The notes: generated from the letters alone by a model not told the origin. A DNA stretch of 64,000 bases from Nitrosomonadaceae bacterium (GCA_947471695.1 CANIWY010000001.1:7448-71447), one strand, 5' to 3'. Shown: positions 1 to 10,891, numbered from the stretch's first letter. Numbers and translations are program-made.

Positions 1-1299
1 ATTGTAGAGACGTACATCATTGGGGGTGAATAGTAACTGCTGATTGATGAATTTTAGAGCAGAGTCGACACTATGACTGCGTAGTAATGCATCGGCATAG
101 TCATAGGTCAATGCTCGGTGCTGAGGGTAGATCTGCAATGAGGCGCGATAAATATCAAGGGCCTCTGCAAACTGCCCCTTGGAAAACTTGACCCGAGCCG
201 CCAGAGTTTCAATCATAGGGCTCGAGTGCGAGACCTTCCGCTCAATCTGAATTGCCGTACCCAGTCGATGGTTCTCCAGCATTTCTATCATGCCGCTAGC
301 GCGTGAGGACTCGTAGAGCAGCGCTAGCTCCTTATCTGCGCGTAAGTAAGCCCTATCTCGCAACAAAGCATTAATCAACCCATACCGCTCTGCAACCTCG
401 CTATTGTAACGTTTGTCCCGGATACTGGACTCAAAGTATCTTACCGCGTCTTTTGGCTTCCCCTGAAGAGACCGTAGCTTGGCACGCACCAACTGGAAAT
501 CAAGACTGTCGGGGACCTGCCGGTAGGACATATTTTGAGTACGGCTCTGGATGTCCGCTATGCGCTCATAAGTAATCGGGTGGGTGCGCAAGTAAGATGG
601 GGCACCATTCTCCTGAAAGCGGCCTGCCTTTTGCAGCCGTTCGAAAAATTCCGTCATTCCATTCGGATTTAGTCCTGCATCAACCAGTATATTTAACCCG
701 ATCCTGTCGGCCTCCTTCTCATGATCCCGAGTAAAGTTAAGCCGAGACTGAATTGAAAGTGCCTGTGAGGCCGCTACGGCTGCCTGCCCGGCTTGCGGGT
801 TTGAGCGCGAAACCAGAATTGCCAGTGCCAGTGATGCAAGGGTGGTCAGCATGTTATATTTCTGACCTGAGATCATTCGTGCAAGATGCTTCTGGGTGAC
901 ATGCGCAATCTCATGCGACATCACGCCAGCCAATTCTGACTCACTCTGTGCAGCGAGAATGAGGCCGCTGTTGAAACCCATAAATCCACCGGGTAGTGCA
1001 AAAGCATTGATGGACGGGTCCTGAAGTGCAAAAAACTCAAACTCTTGGTCAGGGTGGTCTTCATTCGATCCAGCAAGTAGCCTGTTACCCAGACTAGTGA
1101 GATAAGCCGCTATCTCTGCATCATCAAGATAGCTACGGTCAGCACGAATCTCCGTCATGATCTGCAGACCAAGCTGCCGCTCTTGTCGTGGCGAAATGGT
1201 GGCCTGGGAGATATCACCCAGTTCTGGCAACTCGTCAGCAGAAACGTTAAGAACAAAAAAGAGTGGCAGTATTACGGCCGTTAGATATCGCAATTTCAT
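1..1299 (-). CDS. bepA: BepA/YfgC-like periplasmic M48 zinc metalloprotease with TPR-like C-terminal region; the gene 3' end lies beyond the window start
   Basis: Absent from the ORF track because it runs off the left edge. Hand translation of the minus strand from ATG 1299-1297 gives the signal peptide MKLRYLTAVILPLFFVLNVSA. The zinc motif HEIAH is encoded at 915-901 (GVMSHEIAHV), followed by helical TPR-like repeats. The frame stays open to position 1. Confidence 0.8.
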   Translation of the reverse strand, partial: MKLRYLTAVILPLFFVLNVSADELPELGDISQATISPRQERQLGLQIMTEIRADRSYLDDAEIAAYLTSLGNRLLAGSNEDHPDQEFEFFALQDPSINAFALPGGFMGFNSGLILAAQSESELAGVMSHEIAHVTQKHLARMISGQKYNMLTTLASLALAILVSRSNPQAGQAAVAASQALSIQSRLNFTRDHEKEADRIGLNILVDAGLNPNGMTEFFERLQKAGRFQENGAPSYLRTHPITYERIADIQSRTQNMSYRQVPDSLDFQLVRAKLRSLQGKPKDAVRYFESSIRDKRYNSEVAERYGLINALLRDRAYLRADKELALLYESSRASGMIEMLENHRLGTAIQIERKVSHSSPMIETLAARVKFSKGQFAEALDIYRASLQIYPQHRALTYDYADALLRSHSVDSALKFINQQLLFTPNDVRLYN

Positions 1300-1369
1300 G
1301 ATGATATGATAGAAATTAGCAGGCTAAGTTCCATGTTAACCAAGAGGCCCTGATTGCGAGGCCCCTAAA

Positions 1370-1723
<354 letters not shown>

Positions 1724-1775
1724 TTAAATATCTCTGAAGAAGCTTAATGGATGATATGCCGGCGTCTTGGTCGGT

Positions 1776-3392
1776 TCAAAACTCATCTCGATATTTCGAT
1801 GTGATCGGATAGCGCCAGTCCTTGCCAAAACCACGTTGTGTGATGCGGATACCCACCGGAGATTGTCGTCTCTTATACTCGCTCACTTGAATGAGATGGA
1901 CCACCCGCCGCACATCGTTCTCGGTGAAATTCATCCGTATAATTTCATGTAATGACAAATCTCGTTCCATGTAGGCCTCGATGATTGCATCGAGCACATC
2001 ATAGGGTGGCAGGCTATCTTGATCGGTCTGGTTGTGACGCAGTTCGGCAGATGGGGCACGCTGGATAATGCGATCCGGGATCACCTTTCCCAAGCTATTG
2101 CGATAGTGACATAGTTGGTACACCATCGTCTTACTGATGTCCTTCAACACCGCAAAACCACCGGCCATATCTCCATACAGGGTGCAGTAGCCCACCGCCA
2201 TTTCAGATTTGTTACCAGTTGTGAGAACGATCGAGCCATATTTATTCGATAACGCCATTAGCAACATGCCACGAATCCTTGCCTGCAGATTCTCTTCCAT
2301 GTTGTCTGAATTAGTAGTTAGTGGGAGCCCCTTGACCTCCGCAGTTAGTGTGCTCAAAAAACCCTCGAAAAGTGATTTGATAGCGATCTCGCTGTAGCTA
2401 ACGCACAATGCTTCCGCCATTGAACGCGCATCCTCTCGACTCATATCGACGGTATATTGAGACGGCATCATCACCGCTCGTACTTTGTTAGCGCCCAACG
2501 CATCCACAGCAATCGCAAGCGTCAATGCGGAATCAACCCCCCCGGATAGCCCTAGCAATACGCCTGGGAACTCATTCTTTACAACATAATCCTTCACACC
2601 GAGGCATAGTGCACGGTAGATGCTTGCCTGCGAAGCGGGCCGTGGCTCGATCTCTCCCGGCAAGGGTATTCCATCCTGAAATTCGATCAACCCAAGCTCT
2701 TCAGTGAATTCGCCAAATTGATGTGTCAGTTCACCCTGGCTATTCATCGCAAATGAAAGACCATCAAATACCAGTTCATCCTGTCCGCCCACTAAGTTGA
2801 TGTACACGATGGCCATGCCCGTTTCGCTGATGCGTTGCCGTATCAATTGGTAACGCGTTGCTTGTTTGTCCATGTGATAGGGTGAGGCATTCATCACCAA
2901 CAGAACATCTGCCCCAGCTTCCTTTGCGCGCGCGACTGCTCCCTTTTCCCAAACATCAGCGCAAATATTGATTCCAAATTTTGTGCCCGCCACATCGAAA
3001 ACACAAGGATTGATACCGGCCTCAAAATATCGCTGCTCATCAAATACAGTGTAATTGGGCAGTCTATTCTTGTGGTATGCGTCAATCACTTTGCCGTCAC
3101 GTATCACTGAAGCGGCATTGTAGATCGCACCATCAACGAGGCGTGGATGTCCCACCAGTAGGGTGATGCCGGATATTTTGGTTGCAAGACTGGCGAGCAT
3201 GTTTTTGCAGGCCAGATGAAACCCCTCACGTAGCAGCAAATCTTCAGGTGGGTAGCCGGATAGCGCCAGTTCCGGCGTAACGACCAATACGGCACCTTTG
3301 TCTTTTGCGCTATTGGCAAATGCAATAATTTTTTTAGCATTGCCGGTGAGGTCACCGACTATACAATTAATCTGGGCAACGGCTATTTTCAT
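1776..3392 (-). CDS. nadE: Glutamine-dependent NAD+ synthetase
   Basis: N-terminal nitrilase/CN-hydrolase domain (MKIAVAQINC...) followed by an NAD synthetase domain with the SGGVDS PP-loop. I place the start at ATG 3392, where homologs start with MKIA.AQ; the ORF extends to 3476. Confidence 0.9.
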   Translation of the reverse strand: MKIAVAQINCIVGDLTGNAKKIIAFANSAKDKGAVLVVTPELALSGYPPEDLLLREGFHLACKNMLASLATKISGITLLVGHPRLVDGAIYNAASVIRDGKVIDAYHKNRLPNYTVFDEQRYFEAGINPCVFDVAGTKFGINICADVWEKGAVARAKEAGADVLLVMNASPYHMDKQATRYQLIRQRISETGMAIVYINLVGGQDELVFDGLSFAMNSQGELTHQFGEFTEELGLIEFQDGIPLPGEIEPRPASQASIYRALCLGVKDYVVKNEFPGVLLGLSGGVDSALTLAIAVDALGANKVRAVMMPSQYTVDMSREDARSMAEALCVSYSEIAIKSLFEGFLSTLTAEVKGLPLTTNSDNMEENLQARIRGMLLMALSNKYGSIVLTTGNKSEMAVGYCTLYGDMAGGFAVLKDISKTMVYQLCHYRNSLGKVIPDRIIQRAPSAELRHNQTDQDSLPPYDVLDAIIEAYMERDLSLHEIIRMNFTENDVRRVVHLIQVSEYKRRQSPVGIRITQRGFGKDWRYPITSKYRDEF

Positions 3393-3573
3393 GTAAGTTT
3401 CATGGTGCGGGGAAAGAATTTCCATTGTTCGGCCCATGCTAAAAGCCTGCTGGATTATAGCAGAATACACCACCACCCGCGGGCAGTCTGCTCCGGTGAG
3501 GCGGCCGATTCGTAATCAGCGCACTTGCCCCCATGTTAAGATTCTCACACTCTTACCGCTTACCTAGTAACAC

Positions 3574-4134
3574 ATGGACCTCAAGAATTGCCTTATGAAA
3601 TACTGTAGTGACTGTGGCGCTCCGATTGATCTGCGTATTCCTGCAGGTGACACCTTCCTGCGTCACGTCTGCCCAGCATGCAACACTATTCATTATCAGA
3701 ATCCAAAGATGATAGTTGGTTGCATTCCCGAATGGGAAGATAAGGTACTACTGTGTCGCCGCGCCATCGAGCCACGACACGGCTTCTGGACTCTGCCAGC
3801 GGGATTTATGGAAAATGCAGAGACCTTGGTTGAAGCCGCTTCACGTGAGACTCTTGAAGAGGCCAATGCGCGCGTAAAGATCGGTGAACTTTATGCTATT
3901 TATAACCTACCCCATATCAACCAAGTGCATATTCTATTTCGTGCACAGCTACTCGACCTCAATTTCAAACCTGGAATAGAGAGTCTAGAGGTCCAGCTCT
4001 TCAGTGAACGCGAGATCCCGTGGGACACACTCGCTTTCCGTGTTATTCGCGAACCGTTAAAGCGCTACTTCAAGGAGCGCCGCCAAGGTCAACTGGGTTT
4101 TCATATGGGGACAGTAGAGCTCGCACAACATTGA
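3574..4134 (+). CDS. NUDIX hydrolase with N-terminal zinc ribbon
   Basis: CSDCG...CPACN zinc-ribbon pairs, then the Nudix box GFWTLPAGFMENAETLVEAASRETLEEANA. Confidence 0.8.
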   Translation: MDLKNCLMKYCSDCGAPIDLRIPAGDTFLRHVCPACNTIHYQNPKMIVGCIPEWEDKVLLCRRAIEPRHGFWTLPAGFMENAETLVEAASRETLEEANARVKIGELYAIYNLPHINQVHILFRAQLLDLNFKPGIESLEVQLFSEREIPWDTLAFRVIREPLKRYFKERRQGQLGFHMGTVELAQH

Positions 4135-4181
4135 TTTTTACTGGAGTGTTATGTAACAAGTTAACGATTGACGAGAGAGCG

Positions 4182-5537
4182 TTACTCCATCCACACCATT
4201 TTGGAGCGTGCTAACGGCGGGTTGTTAGCAAAATATCGCTTGATACCGGCGAGCATTGCCTCTGCCATTTTATCCTGGTAGGCAGTATCTTTCAGTCTCT
4301 TCTCTTCATCAGGATTGCTGATGAACGCGGTCTCTACCAAGATCGAGGGGATATCCGGGGATTTTAGTACGGCAAACCCGGCCTGCTCTACTTCATTCTT
4401 GTGCAGATGATTGATATCGCCGATCTCTGCCAGTACCTCCCGGCCGAGCTTGAGACTGTCGTTGATGGTCGCAGTCTGTGACAGATCTAATAAAGTTTGC
4501 TTAAGGTAATGATCTTTGCCGTCAAGATTGACTCCCCCTATCAGATCCGCGTCATTCTCTTTTTTTGCTAGCCAGCGCGCGGCGGCCGAGGTTGCACCCC
4601 GCTCTGATAGTGCAAATACTGATGATCCCCGTGCATGTGGCTTAATGAAAGCATCTGCATGAACCGATACGAATAGATCTGCATTTAGCTGGCGCGCCTT
4701 GGTGAGACGCATTGGCAACGATATGAAATAATCCCCATCACGTGTCAATGCCGCACGCATGTTAGGCTCCTTGTCTATCTTGCTTTTAAGCTTCTGGGCG
4801 ATGGCAAGCGTGATATCTTTCTCCTGGGTGCCGCTACGGCTTATTGCTCCTGGATCCTCGCCCCCGTGGCCCGGGTCAATTGCGATGATAATCAGTCTTC
4901 TTACTTCTGGCTTAGCTTTTCCAGAGGACTCGCCGCCCCTGCTAGACTTATCGTGGGACTTTACCTCTGGTCTAGTATCTGCTTCACCAGTCTGTGGCAT
5001 CGTCATTGCCCCCCCCCCTAGAAGTGCCATCAACGGGTCAGGTGGAATGGTCGGATAAATATCCAGCACCAGTCGATAACCGTAATTAGCGACAGGTTTA
5101 AGTTCGAATGCTTGCGGCGCAACTTCAGTTTTAAGGTCCAACACCAACCTTAGTACGCCTGGTTTGAACCGGCCAATTCGCAGCGCTCGGATATAAGGGT
5201 CGTTAACGCCGACCTTCCCGGGCAGATTCTCTAGCTCTGACGTGAGTGCGATATCTTCCAAATCGATCACCACTCGATCTGGGGTTTTTAATATGCTTAA
5301 AGAGTACTGAATTGGCGTGGCTGATTCCAGCGTGATGCGGGTATATTCTGCTGCCGGCCAAACACGGGCGGCACTGATTGTCGTTTCAGCAATGGCCGCA
5401 CTGCCAAACATCAATACTAAAGCCCCCATCCCTACTGTTGAGCGGAGCATACTTAATATTGAAGAAAACAAGGGATTGCGGCAAGTAAGACTCGCCATGG
5501 TCAGAGGTGTGTTGGAGCTTGCCAATGTTTCAGACAC
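4182..5537 (-). CDS. amiC: N-acetylmuramoyl-L-alanine amidase (AMIN domain + Amidase_3)
   Basis: AMIN-like N-terminal domain, a linker, then the amidase_3 core IIAIDPGHGGEDPGA...SVHADA. The alternative start ATG 5498 would remove the 37-nt overlap with tsaE. Confidence 0.85.
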   Translation of the reverse strand: MSETLASSNTPLTMASLTCRNPLFSSILSMLRSTVGMGALVLMFGSAAIAETTISAARVWPAAEYTRITLESATPIQYSLSILKTPDRVVIDLEDIALTSELENLPGKVGVNDPYIRALRIGRFKPGVLRLVLDLKTEVAPQAFELKPVANYGYRLVLDIYPTIPPDPLMALLGGGAMTMPQTGEADTRPEVKSHDKSSRGGESSGKAKPEVRRLIIIAIDPGHGGEDPGAISRSGTQEKDITLAIAQKLKSKIDKEPNMRAALTRDGDYFISLPMRLTKARQLNADLFVSVHADAFIKPHARGSSVFALSERGATSAAARWLAKKENDADLIGGVNLDGKDHYLKQTLLDLSQTATINDSLKLGREVLAEIGDINHLHKNEVEQAGFAVLKSPDIPSILVETAFISNPDEEKRLKDTAYQDKMAEAMLAGIKRYFANNPPLARSKMVWME

Positions 5538-5995
5538 TGTCGACCCGCCTCCGTGTCCGCTTGAATTCTAATGCTTCGGCCTGTCTCACTGATACCAAGA
5601 AAAATTTGTAAATCTGGCGGTGGCAGAAGGCCATGCGCTCTTTCTGGCCACTCAACAAGACAGACTGACCCGGCGTTGAAGTATTCGCGGAAGCCCGCAT
5701 CCTCCCACTCCATCGGATCATTGAAACGATATAAATCAAAGTGATAGAAGTATAACCTAGAGTTTTTGTAATGTTCAACAAGATTATACGTTGGGCTCTT
5801 TACCTTCCCATCATAACCCTGCCCACGCAAGATGCCGCGCGCCAGTGTCGTTTTTCCTGCGCCGAGATCCCCCCGTAGGAAGATGATTAACCCGGGATTC
5901 ACTATTTCCCCGATTCCCCTCCCCAATGCCAGCGTTGCGGCTTCATCGTCAAGATGATGTATGTCAGTAGAGCCGGTATGATGAGGGCTATGCAA
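5501..5995 (-). CDS. tsaE: tRNA t6A37 threonylcarbamoyl-adenosine biosynthesis protein TsaE
   Basis: P-loop GDLGAGKTTLARGI and the HFDLYR motif. The only canonical start is TTG at 5995. Confidence 0.85.
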   Translation of the reverse strand: MHSPHHTGSTDIHHLDDEAATLALGRGIGEIVNPGLIIFLRGDLGAGKTTLARGILRGQGYDGKVKSPTYNLVEHYKNSRLYFYHFDLYRFNDPMEWEDAGFREYFNAGSVCLVEWPERAHGLLPPPDLQIFLGISETGRSIRIQADTEAGRQCLKHWQAPTHL

Positions 5996-7105
5996 GAAAG
6001 TACCTCCAAGAATCCATCACAAGATTTCGTAGCATTATCGGTTGCTATCAAGGCCTGGGGCAAAGAGCTTGGCTTCCAGGACATCCGCATTGCTGATGCT
6101 ACTGCCGATATGTCACAGGTTGAAGCAGACTTACACGAGTGGCTCAGCCTAGGCCACCACGGTGAAATGGATTATATGGCAAAACACGGTAGCCGCCGAA
6201 CTCGCCCGGCAGAACTCGTGCCCGATACGCTGCGCGTAATCTCAGTTCGTATGAACAATACACCTCCTACAGCGAAAAATAGTTGGGAGGTTCTGCGTAG
6301 TGGGGTAGGGGCGTTCATCTCTCGATACGCACTCGGCCGCGATTATCACAAAGTCCTGCGGGCACGTTTGCAAAAGCTTACCGATAAAATTGCAATTGAG
6401 GCGGGCTATTTCAATGGCCGCGTATTCACCGACAGCGCGCCGGTGATGGAAGTTGAATGGGCACAGAGATCGGGTCTCGGTTGGCGTGGTAAGCATACTC
6501 TTCTTCTCACCCGCGAATCAGGGTCATTGTTTTTTCTGGGTGAAATTTATACGGACTTACCATTACCCGTCGATGACGCCGTTGGGAATTATTGTGGCAG
6601 TTGTAGTAAATGCATCTCGATTTGCCCTACTCAGGCCATCATTGCCCCCTACCGACTGGATGCAAGGCGCTGTATTTCTTATCTCACTATTGAACATAAG
6701 GGCAGCATTCCGCTTGAGCTTCGCCCTCTGATCGGCAACCGCGTATACGGCTGCGATGATTGCCAACTGATCTGCCCATGGAATAAGTTTGCCGCCGTTA
6801 CTAATGAGGGTGATTTCGCAGTCCGCAATGGACTGGATGATGTCTCCCTGGTCGAGCTCTTCGGTTGGAGCGAGGAGCGTTTCGATACCCTCCTTGCTGG
6901 CAGCCCAATCCGCCGTATTGGCCATGAACAGTGGCTGCGCAATCTTGCAGTCGGGTTAGGCAATGCGCCCTCATCTCTTGCGGTGACCGATGCCTTACAG
7001 TCACGCCGAGATGACTCCTCGGCCTTGGTGCGTGAACATGTGAAGTGGGCTCTACAACAGCATAAAATTTCAACACCTACCCGGGAATCCGAAGACGGTC
7101 TCTAA
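5954..7105 (+). CDS. queG: tRNA epoxyqueuosine(34) reductase
   Basis: Strong collinearity with QueG: GRDYHKVLR, CGSCSKCISICPTQAI, YGCDDCQLICPWNKF and a HEAT-like C-terminus. Possible starts are 5954, 5978 and 5990. Confidence 0.9.
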   Translation: MMYVSRAGMMRAMQESTSKNPSQDFVALSVAIKAWGKELGFQDIRIADATADMSQVEADLHEWLSLGHHGEMDYMAKHGSRRTRPAELVPDTLRVISVRMNNTPPTAKNSWEVLRSGVGAFISRYALGRDYHKVLRARLQKLTDKIAIEAGYFNGRVFTDSAPVMEVEWAQRSGLGWRGKHTLLLTRESGSLFFLGEIYTDLPLPVDDAVGNYCGSCSKCISICPTQAIIAPYRLDARRCISYLTIEHKGSIPLELRPLIGNRVYGCDDCQLICPWNKFAAVTNEGDFAVRNGLDDVSLVELFGWSEERFDTLLAGSPIRRIGHEQWLRNLAVGLGNAPSSLAVTDALQSRRDDSSALVREHVKWALQQHKISTPTRESEDGL

Positions 7106-7130
7106 CTATCAATAAGAATTATTCAATAGC

Positions 7131-8039
7131 TCAAGTAGCGGGAGTCGGCGCCAATAAAAAATCCTTCACAATCTTAATCTGCTCCTCGCCTACCAGCATT
7201 GGCGCGTGGCCAATGCCAGGCAGTTCAACTATTTGCGCTCTAATACCACGGACCTCCATTTCCATCGCCGTTTTAGACGACAATAAATCGGATTCCGTTC
7301 CTCTCAGCACTAGTGTGGGGGTCCGTAGCTTATCCCACTGCTCCCACAAATCGATATCCTTGAGTAAGTGCCTCTTGAAGCTTTCAGCAATCCTTGGGTC
7401 GTATCGAAAACCGTAGGTTCCATCATCGAACTTGCGCACGCTATAAATTGCAAGATGATGCCACTGGGCTTCGGTCAAGGGGCCAAATGGATTTGAGATT
7501 TTCTTCAAGTAGACCTCAAATTCGTCGAAGCTGTTAAAGCGCGGGGCTTTTCCTAGATATTCCCCGATCCGGGCGAGCGCCGAAACTGGGATTAACGGAC
7601 CAATGTCGCTCATGACGAGCCTTCGGATTGGCACTGGCAGAGGCAATGGAAGTGCTGTCTGGGTTGCCAAGGCCATGCCGATTAATCCACCCATTGAAAT
7701 ACCGACCCAATCCAGTTGAATGTCGGTATTGCCTAGGGCGCCGACGTGTTTAAGCAGCTCGATTGCGTCCGACAGGTACAGCAGATAATTATCATAATCT
7801 GCCTCATTCACAAGCCAGTCACTTTGTCCACGCCCCACCACATCCACGCAGATCACACGACAATCGACCTCTAATGCCTCTGCCAGAAAGTCAAAATCGC
7901 GACAATTACGCGTTAACCCATGAACACAGACCACAATGTGTGGATTGTCTGGCTTCCCCCATTCGGTATAAGCAATTTGGCGAGAAGTTTTAATGCCTTC
8001 ATTAAGCCCAAAATGAACAGTAAGGCGCTTAAGTAACAT
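7131..8039 (-). CDS. Alpha/beta-fold hydrolase
   Basis: HG oxyanion motif (VCVHGLTRN) and nucleophile elbow GISMGG. Substrate unknown. Confidence 0.7.
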   Translation of the reverse strand: MLLKRLTVHFGLNEGIKTSRQIAYTEWGKPDNPHIVVCVHGLTRNCRDFDFLAEALEVDCRVICVDVVGRGQSDWLVNEADYDNYLLYLSDAIELLKHVGALGNTDIQLDWVGISMGGLIGMALATQTALPLPLPVPIRRLVMSDIGPLIPVSALARIGEYLGKAPRFNSFDEFEVYLKKISNPFGPLTEAQWHHLAIYSVRKFDDGTYGFRYDPRIAESFKRHLLKDIDLWEQWDKLRTPTLVLRGTESDLLSSKTAMEMEVRGIRAQIVELPGIGHAPMLVGEEQIKIVKDFLLAPTPAT

Positions 8040-8235
8040 TATTATTTTGCATAATCCGGCCCTATATTTTAACTAACCTTGGTGTGCTCTCGCTAATTCA
8101 AAAATCGAAAATTGAGTTCCAAATATCCTCACTAATGAAACTAATATACTCGTCTTGAGTACGCTATACTAATTCAAGTGACTCTCAAGTTCCTTCTAGT
8201 CATCATTGTAATCATCAATCTTTCAAGGAGATAAA

Positions 8236-8559
8236 ATGGATTCCGAAATGTCTGAGACACATAATATTGCGACGGATAAGCTTGTTGCAGATTTGAAAGC
8301 TGTAGTAGCAGATGCGGAGGAGCTACTTAGATCTACCGCCGGACAGGCTGGCGAGAGAGCCGCTGCTGCCCGCGAAAAGATTAATGATGGTCTTGATGAT
8401 GCCAAGCGTCAGCTGTACAAGGTTGAAGGTTTGGTTGTCGACAAGTCCCACCAGGCAGCGAAAGTCACCTGTGATTATGTCCAAGCCAACCCCTGGCATG
8501 CGGTGGGAGTTGCAGCTGGTGCCGGACTCATTCTCGGTCTGTTAATCGGGCGACGCTAA
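8236..8559 (+). CDS. DUF883 (ElaB/YqjD/YgaM) family membrane-anchored ribosome-binding protein
   Basis: 107 aa. Helical N-terminal part, and a C-terminal NPWHAVGVAAGAGLILGLLIGRR tail-anchor typical of the family. SD AAGGAG lies upstream. Confidence 0.75.
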   Translation: MDSEMSETHNIATDKLVADLKAVVADAEELLRSTAGQAGERAAAAREKINDGLDDAKRQLYKVEGLVVDKSHQAAKVTCDYVQANPWHAVGVAAGAGLILGLLIGRR

Positions 8560-8568
8560 ACTCCCGTC

Positions 8569-8955
8569 ATGACTGAAAAAGATCCTGCGAGCGAAGCTGG
8601 GTTGCTTGGCTCCATTAGGAAACTAGCAACAACACTAGTCGGCATTTTACAAACCCGACTGGAAATCTTTTCTACTGAACTTGAAGAGGCGAAACTACAA
8701 CTAGGTCAGCTATTGATGCTGGGTTTAGTTGCGGTCTTCTGCCTTGGTCTCGGGATTGTATTACTCACAGTTTTTTTCGTGGTGTTATTCTGGGACAGCT
8801 ACCGTCTACCTGTACTTGGTGTCACGTCCGGAGTTTTTCTTGTCCTTGGAATATTTGCAGTGCTTACGTTGCGAGCCAAGTCTGCAGAAAACAAGAAGAT
8901 GTTCTCCAGCACGCTGGCGGAGCTCTCTAAAGACCGTGAACATCTTAAAAAATAA
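8569..8955 (+). CDS. YqjE-like (phage-holin-family/DUF1469) inner membrane protein
   Basis: 128 aa, two predicted TM helices, positioned directly after the yqjD-like gene as in the E. coli yqjD-yqjE-yqjK string. Confidence 0.6.
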   Translation: MTEKDPASEAGLLGSIRKLATTLVGILQTRLEIFSTELEEAKLQLGQLLMLGLVAVFCLGLGIVLLTVFFVVLFWDSYRLPVLGVTSGVFLVLGIFAVLTLRAKSAENKKMFSSTLAELSKDREHLKK

Positions 8956-8958
8956 CCC

Positions 8959-9402
8959 GTGATCACCCGTCTGAGTGATATCCATCTGCGACGAGCACAG
9001 CTAGTAGCTCTGGCGGCGGCTCAACGGACAGACGTAATCCTATCCGTGCAACCCTTGGTCCAGCCGTTACATGTGGCAGATACGACCCTAGTCTACCTAC
9101 ACTATCTCAAAACGCGCCCACTTATTCTGATTGCAATGTTGGCAGGCATGACGGCGATTATGCTCTCACGTAACTCCGCGTACTCCTGGCCACTTAAACG
9201 TTTAGCATTTCGTGCTTTTGCCTTATGGCGGTCTTATCGTTCACTAGGTGTCTGGGTTACTCGTGGCCGATCTGTCTGGTTGCGTATCGGGACAGCCTGG
9301 CACAATCGCAGAAGACACAGTCCACATGACTCACTCATACACCTCCCCGCTACTCTCCATCCCTCTCTAACGCCTAACTCTCGTAGCATCAGTACAAAGT
9401 AA
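8959..9402 (+). CDS. YqjK-like protein
   Basis: GTG start. The N-terminal RRAQLVALAAAQRTDV segment and central hydrophobic helix resemble YqjK, and it is third in the yqjDEK-like string. The C-terminal tail is low complexity. Confidence 0.5.
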   Translation: MITRLSDIHLRRAQLVALAAAQRTDVILSVQPLVQPLHVADTTLVYLHYLKTRPLILIAMLAGMTAIMLSRNSAYSWPLKRLAFRAFALWRSYRSLGVWVTRGRSVWLRIGTAWHNRRRHSPHDSLIHLPATLHPSLTPNSRSISTK

Positions 9403-9472
9403 TCTGCTAATGTCAGGCAGGATTACACAAAAAAATTCTTCGCTAAACGCCGCCTTATTTTTTCTGTCCACG

Positions 9473-10156
9473 CTATGGGTCTGATCGCCAGTAGCGTGTT
9501 GGATCAGACACCCCTGCTGCTGCAAAGCCCGTCCTGCGCAGCCGGCATGAGTCACACACTCCACAGGCCAGTCCGTTCGCGCTTGCCTTGTAGCAGGATA
9601 CCGTCAAGCTATAGTCAACTCCCCGCAGGACCCCTTGACGGATGATTTCCGCCTTGGACAGACTGATAAGTGGGGTATAAATGCTCAATCTATTACCTTC
9701 GATTGCAGCCCTAGTAGCCATATTCGCCATCTGTTCAAAAGCGGTGATGTATTCAGCTCTGCAATCTGGATAGCCTGAGTAGTCCACCGCGTTAACACCA
9801 ATAAATAGATGATAGCTTCCAAGTACCTCAGCCCACGCTAGTGCCAGTGATAACATAATTGTGTTGCGAGCTGGCACATACGTAACCGGAATACCAATCT
9901 TAATTCCCTCGATAGGAACATCAATAGACCTGTCTGTCAGCGCCGAACCGCCGAACCCTGCTAGGTCAACCTTGACGGTCCTGTGCTCACTTACTCCGAT
10001 AGATAGAGCCACCTTCTCTGCCGCCACTAATTCAGCCCCGTGTCGTTGACCATAATCGACACTCAGTGCATAACACTCATATCCCTGATCACGTGCGAGG
10101 GCGAGTGTAGTGGCCGAATCCAGCCCGCCTGATAGAAGAACCACTGCCTTAGTCAT
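9473..10156 (-). CDS. queC: 7-cyano-7-deazaguanine synthase
   Basis: [18 protein letters not shown]-loop and the C-terminal zinc cluster [17 protein letters not shown]. Confidence 0.93.
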   Translation of the reverse strand: MTKAVVLLSGGLDSATTLALARDQGYECYALSVDYGQRHGAELVAAEKVALSIGVSEHRTVKVDLAGFGGSALTDRSIDVPIEGIKIGIPVTYVPARNTIMLSLALAWAEVLGSYHLFIGVNAVDYSGYPDCRAEYITAFEQMANMATRAAIEGNRLSIYTPLISLSKAEIIRQGVLRGVDYSLTVSCYKASANGLACGVCDSCRLRRTGFAAAGVSDPTRYWRSDP

Positions 10157-10198
10157 AGGAGGAACAAAGTAAATACGTAATAATCTCTACCAGATTTC

Positions 10199-10891
10199 TC
10201 ATCGACCTGGCCCTTCGCCCCACAAAAGCTTATGCAACTGGATCTGTAATCGCACTGACAGCCGATCGCGCAGTATCCACTCAGCAAGCCCTGCTGGGTC
10301 AAGCCGCCCATAAACCGGTGAAAATAAAATGGAGCAGATCTTATTTAAATCGTGCTCATCTATTATCTTTACAGCCCACAGGTAGTCGGCTTCATCGCAT
10401 AGGACGAACTTCAACTCATCCCGAGATGAGAGATGCTTCAAGTTAGACCAGCGGTTCTTCTTCACCTCCCCTGAGCCAGGAGTTTTTATGTCTAGCACTC
10501 TGGACACCCGATCATCCACATTTGATACATCCATCGCTCCGCTGGTCTCAAGCGATACTGAGTAACCTGCATCACACAATAGACTGAGTAATGTTAGGCA
10601 CTCTTTCTGAGCTAGAGGCTCGCCACCAGTGACCGTGACATAGCGGGGCATATATCCAGAAACCTCATCCAGGATAGAAGAGATGGTTACACTCTCCCCG
10701 CCGTAAAAAGCATACCCAGTATCACAATAACCGCATCGTAAAGGACACCCAGTTAAGCGCACGAATACAGTCGGCAGACCTATACGGCTGGTCTCTCCTT
10801 GCAGAGAAAAGAATATCTCACTGACTCGCAAAGTCTGAACTTCAGGAGTCTTTATAGCTTTGTGCTGCAATGGGGAAGGAGTATGAGGCAT
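10199..10891 (-). CDS. queE: 7-carboxy-7-deazaguanine synthase (radical SAM)
   Basis: EIFFSLQGE plus the radical-SAM cluster motif CPLRCGYCDT. Adjacent to queC. Confidence 0.9.
   Translation of the reverse strand: MPHTPSPLQHKAIKTPEVQTLRVSEIFFSLQGETSRIGLPTVFVRLTGCPLRCGYCDTGYAFYGGESVTISSILDEVSGYMPRYVTVTGGEPLAQKECLTLLSLLCDAGYSVSLETSGAMDVSNVDDRVSRVLDIKTPGSGEVKKNRWSNLKHLSSRDELKFVLCDEADYLWAVKIIDEHDLNKICSILFSPVYGRLDPAGLAEWILRDRLSVRLQIQLHKLLWGEGPGR

Noticed and set aside
3393-3476. N-terminal extensions offered by the ORF track: nadE here, and likewise ruvA to 17745, cpoB to 11788, trxB to 38738, ribH to 45959, yidC from 59099 and the BON gene from 24705.
   Set aside because: The internal starts coincide with conserved family N-termini, better SD sequences, or removal of overlaps with the upstream gene. 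The extensions are probably not translated.
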